Below are positions 60,408 through 64,000 of a stretch of DNA of 64,000 nucleotides, one piece after another (position 1 is the stretch's first letter; every line of letters begins with the position of its first letter). The notes below the pieces were generated by a model. That model was not told where the DNA came from. It was given only the letters and a program-made list of their open reading frames with translations, and did not search any database. The position numbers and the translations under genes were made by a program. The stretch comes from Trichormus sp. ATA11-4-KO1 (GTDB lineage: Bacteria > Cyanobacteriota > Cyanobacteriia > Cyanobacteriales > Nostocaceae). The stretch lies in the NCBI GenBank assembly GCA_019358915.1, contig JAHHIM010000036.1, positions 224,001 through 288,000 on the forward strand, given 5' to 3'.

Positions 60408-63299
60408 ATGATTGAACTTTGGGGTGCCCTAGTTATTTTAATTGCCTGCCCCGTCTTGGGCGCGTTACCAGTTATTGCTTGGATTACTTACGCCCTCAAA
60501 GGCAGGCAATTATCACAAATTGGCACTAAGAACGTCAGCGTTTCCGCAGCTTTTTATCACGGCGGTACATGGGTAGGACTTTTAGCAGTTTTGTCAGAAG
60601 CCCTTAAAGGTATTGCCGCAGTTTTACTGTCGCGTGTATTTTTTCCTGAGGGATCGCCTTGGGAATTAGTTGCTCTCATTGCCCTAATATTAGGTAGATA
60701 TGGCATGGGCAGAGGAGCGGGTACCACAAATGTGGTCTGGGGGTTTTTCGTACACGATCCCCTAGTGGCAGTATTTACCAGTTTGTTGGCAATTATCAGT
60801 TTTACGGTTCTACGATCTAGACAACTAGTAAAATTTGGCGTTTTGTTTGTATTTCCCTTGTTTGTCATCCTCTTAAACTCTGACAATTTCCCCAAAATCA
60901 TGGCGGCTATTGTCTTAGCTGGGGTATTGGGGTGGATTTATACAAAAATACCCGATGATCTGAATTTGCCAGCCCCAGAGGCTGATACAGATTCACAAGC
61001 AACATTTACATATTTACGCGGCGATCGCCCGATTCTTTCTTTAGATGATGAGTTGGATGCGGCCGTAGTCGGGCAAAAAGCAGCTACGTTATCTCAAATT
61101 AAGCGATGGGGTTACTCCGTGCCGAAGGGATGGGTGATTTCCCCAGTTGATGATCCCGAAGAGTTAATTGCTATTCTTCAGCCTTCTGATTTATCTCCTT
61201 TAGTAGTACGTTCTTCCGCTATTGGGGAAGACTCAGAACAAGCTTCCGCAGCTGGACAGTACGAAACAATTCTGAACGTTACCAGCAAACAAGAATTACA
61301 AACCGCGATCGCTCAAGTTCAAGCTTCCTATGATCATCCCTCTGCTGTGCAGTATCGCCGCGATCGCGGTTTACCAGATACCGCCATGGCAGTACTAGTA
61401 CAACAACAAGTCCAGAGTGTGTATTCTGGGGTGGCTTTTAGCCGCGATCCCATCACCCAGCAAGGCGATGCTATTGTGATTGAGGCTTTACCAGGTAGCC
61501 CGACGCAAGTTGTATCTGGCAAAGTCACACCAGAACAATATCGCGCTTTTGTTGTGGAGACAGAAAATATTGCCTCTGTCCAATTAGAGGGAGAGGGACA
61601 AGTACCACCAGCATTAATCAAACAAGTAGCGTATTTAGTCCGGCGATTAGAAAAACAGTATCACGGTCTGCCCCAAGATATTGAGTGGAGTTATGACAGT
61701 CAAACTCTTTGGATTTTGCAATCTAGACCAATTACTACCCTATTACCCATCTGGACAAGGAAAATTGCCGCCGAGGTGATCCCCGGTGTAATTCACCCTT
61801 TAACTTGGTCGATTAATCGCCCTTTAACTTGCGGAGTTTGGGGAGATATTTTTACTTTAGTCCTAGGCGATCGCGCCCTGGGGTTAGATTTTACAGAAAC
61901 TGCAACACTGCATTATTCTCAAGCCTATTTTAATGCTTCTCTCTTAGGGCAGATTTTCCTGCGGATGGGTTTACCACCGGAAAGTCTGGAATTTTTGACG
62001 AGAGGAGCTAAAATGAGCAAACCGCCTTTAAAGTCTACTTGGGAGAATCTACCAGGACTGTTAAGGCTATTGAGGCAGGAACTAAGTTTAGAAAAAGACT
62101 TTAAGCGGGACTACAGTAGCCTATTTATTCCCGGATTATCACAATTGGCTCATGAGTCCATAGATAACTTGCAACCACCCCAGCTATTAGAAAGAATAGA
62201 CTTTATTCTGGAATTGCTACGCAGAGGAACTTACTACAGTATTTTAGCTCCCTTGAGTGCAGCCCTCAGACAGGCAGTTTTCCGGGTAAAAGATGGGCAA
62301 ATTGATAACAGTTTTGCCCCAGAAGTAGCAGCATTGCGATCGCTAAGTGCTTTAGCCGCAGATGCCAAACAAGTATTACCTGAGTTTGAGCCGGATAAAA
62401 TATTTGAGCAATTAGCACAAACTCCAGAAGGAGAGAAAATTCTCGACGAATTTGATGAATTGTTAGAAGATTACGGCTATTTAAGTGATGTAGGAACCAA
62501 CATTGCCATTCCCACCTGGAAGGAAGATCCCCGTCCCATCAAGCAGTTGTTTGTGCAGTTGATGAGAAATGAAGCAGAGACGGGTGGCGTAGACTCCATA
62601 AATCGCGTCTTATCAATCAAACGCCAACGCGGGATAGTGCAGCGACGAGTAGATATTAAGGGAAGAGTCACCGAAATTTATTCTCGGCTATTAGCGGAAT
62701 TACGGTGGAGATTTGTCGCTTTAGAGCAGATTTGGTTAAAATCCGGCTTACTTAGGGAAACTGGAGATATCTTTTTTCTGGAGTTGGATGAAATACGACG
62801 TTTAATTGCGGGTGATGATGTTGAATTGAGCGATCGCTTATGTGAAATCATCAAATCTAGGCGATCGCAATTCGTCCAAGATAGTCAATTCAACCAAGTC
62901 CCGGTTTTAGTCTACGGCAATACACCACCCCATCCCCTGGCGCCATCAGCCATCTACTCTGACCAAATACTACAAGGTATTGCTGCTAGTCACGGGCAAG
63001 CCGAAGGACGGGTAAAGGTAGTCAGAAATTTACAAGATTTGCCCGAAATAGATAAAGAGACAATATTGGTAGTACCTTACACTGATTCTGGCTGGTCGCC
63101 TCTGTTAGTCAGGGCTGGAGGCTTAATTGCCGAGGCTGGCGGCAGACTTTCTCACGGTGCGATCGTGGCTCGTGAGTACGGAATTCCCGCAATCATGGAT
63201 GTTCGTGGCGCTACATGGATATTACAAGATGGTCAACGAGTACGGATTGATGGCTCTAGGGGGATTGTGGAATTATCAAATGATTTGAGACCAGAATAA
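60408..63299 (+). CDS. Fusion of a PlsY-like membrane domain and a PEP synthase/PPDK-like kinase (ATP-grasp plus His swivel domain)
   Basis: Multi-TM N-terminus (EALKG); GQKAATL, VVRSSAIGED, SAAGQYET, DIEW, LQSRPIT and GGRLSHGAIVAREYGIPA motifs. Confidence 0.88.
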   Translation: MIELWGALVILIACPVLGALPVIAWITYALKGRQLSQIGTKNVSVSAAFYHGGTWVGLLAVLSEALKGIAAVLLSRVFFPEGSPWELVALIALILGRYGMGRGAGTTNVVWGFFVHDPLVAVFTSLLAIISFTVLRSRQLVKFGVLFVFPLFVILLNSDNFPKIMAAIVLAGVLGWIYTKIPDDLNLPAPEADTDSQATFTYLRGDRPILSLDDELDAAVVGQKAATLSQIKRWGYSVPKGWVISPVDDPEELIAILQPSDLSPLVVRSSAIGEDSEQASAAGQYETILNVTSKQELQTAIAQVQASYDHPSAVQYRRDRGLPDTAMAVLVQQQVQSVYSGVAFSRDPITQQGDAIVIEALPGSPTQVVSGKVTPEQYRAFVVETENIASVQLEGEGQVPPALIKQVAYLVRRLEKQYHGLPQDIEWSYDSQTLWILQSRPITTLLPIWTRKIAAEVIPGVIHPLTWSINRPLTCGVWGDIFTLVLGDRALGLDFTETATLHYSQAYFNASLLGQIFLRMGLPPESLEFLTRGAKMSKPPLKSTWENLPGLLRLLRQELSLEKDFKRDYSSLFIPGLSQLAHESIDNLQPPQLLERIDFILELLRRGTYYSILAPLSAALRQAVFRVKDGQIDNSFAPEVAALRSLSALAADAKQVLPEFEPDKIFEQLAQTPEGEKILDEFDELLEDYGYLSDVGTNIAIPTWKEDPRPIKQLFVQLMRNEAETGGVDSINRVLSIKRQRGIVQRRVDIKGRVTEIYSRLLAELRWRFVALEQIWLKSGLLRETGDIFFLELDEIRRLIAGDDVELSDRLCEIIKSRRSQFVQDSQFNQVPVLVYGNTPPHPLAPSAIYSDQILQGIAASHGQAEGRVKVVRNLQDLPEIDKETILVVPYTDSGWSPLLVRAGGLIAEAGGRLSHGAIVAREYGIPAIMDVRGATWILQDGQRVRIDGSRGIVELSNDLRPE

Positions 63300-63317
63300 T
63301 TAGCACTCAGCACTTTG

Positions 63318-64000
63318 CTATACCTGCGAAATATTGGTGGGTTGTGTTCTTGTTTTTAGAGGTAAGCAAATCGTAAAAGTTGCCCCCTGATTGACTGTGC
63401 TGTTGGCTGTAATGCTACCATTGTGGGCTTCTAAAATCCGCTTGGCGATCGCTAACCCCAGACCATTGCTACTGCCTTTGCGGGAAGGACTTGTCGTATA
63501 AAATTGCTCAAAAATGCGGGGTAAATCATTCTCAGTAATACCCGGTCCCTGGTCTTGAATTTTCACAACTGCTAGTTTACCGTCGTTGTACCCAGAAATA
63601 AAAACTTGAGAACCGGGTACTGAGTATTTAATAGCATTGTCTAGCACATTTAAAATAGCTTGTAATAGCCGTTCTGGATCACCTTGTATCAGTAGATCAA
63701 GCACATTGATCCGCGTTGATACACCTTGAGTTTGCATTCGGGGTTCCACTGCATTAACAGCACGGTTAATTAGACCACGCAGTGAAATAGTTTGTTGTTC
63801 GAGTTGAGTGACTCCTGCTTCCAAGCGTCCTAGATCGAGCAGGTCATGAATCAGTCGTGATAAGCGTTTGATTTCGTTCTCGATAGTTTGGAAGAAGCGA
63901 TCGCGCAACTGAGGTTCTTCATATGCTCCACTTTTGAGCGCATCTACCGTTACTTGAACATTGCTGATAGGTGTGCGTAGTTCGTGAGAGACATTTGCGA
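63318..64000 (-). CDS. Sensor histidine kinase, C-terminal part; gene starts beyond the window
   Basis: ANVSHELRTP at the window edge; NVLDNAIKY, DQGPG and GLGL motifs. Confidence 0.9.
   Translation of the reverse strand, partial: ANVSHELRTPISNVQVTVDALKSGAYEEPQLRDRFFQTIENEIKRLSRLIHDLLDLGRLEAGVTQLEQQTISLRGLINRAVNAVEPRMQTQGVSTRINVLDLLIQGDPERLLQAILNVLDNAIKYSVPGSQVFISGYNDGKLAVVKIQDQGPGITENDLPRIFEQFYTTSPSRKGSSNGLGLAIAKRILEAHNGSITANSTVNQGATFTICLPLKTRTQPTNISQV

Noticed and set aside
1..64000. Frequent GCGATCGC octamers
   Set aside because: HIP1 is a known genome-wide cyanobacterial feature; no tRNA or rRNA genes were recognised in the window either

Overview
This is chromosomal DNA from a filamentous, probably Nostocales-type, cyanobacterium, judged by abundant HIP1 (GCGATCGC), heptameric tandem repeats and small dispersed repeats. 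About 3.4-30.1 kb is a minus-strand scytonemin (UV sunscreen) cluster: scyABCDEF, eboABC, glycosyltransferase, tyrA, dsbA-like, eboD/aroB-like, eboEF, trpE(G)-C-A-B-D and DAHP synthase. Its divergent PAS kinase and AraC response regulator lie at 32.4-35.3 kb. The cluster has no tyrosinase between trpA and trpB and no visible exosortase. It ends convergently on a Gly/Ser/Asn-rich protein with about 20 NPF motifs, whose upstream region shares a TTGAC-N5/6-ATCAA motif with a duplicated element upstream of scyA. The right half has housekeeping genes (dacB, ilvB, ferrochelatase-like, rdgB, dnaA not followed by dnaN, HtrA-type protease, ylqF) and many deletion remnants. These include a tyrosine-recombinase fragment absent from the ORF track, a nonsense-split UvrD helicase with an internal nuclease-like domain and a truncated aspartic protease. 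Also present are a 46-aa membrane microprotein and a PlsY-like/PEP-utilising kinase fusion. All calls come from reading the sequence and recalled family motifs; no searches were run.
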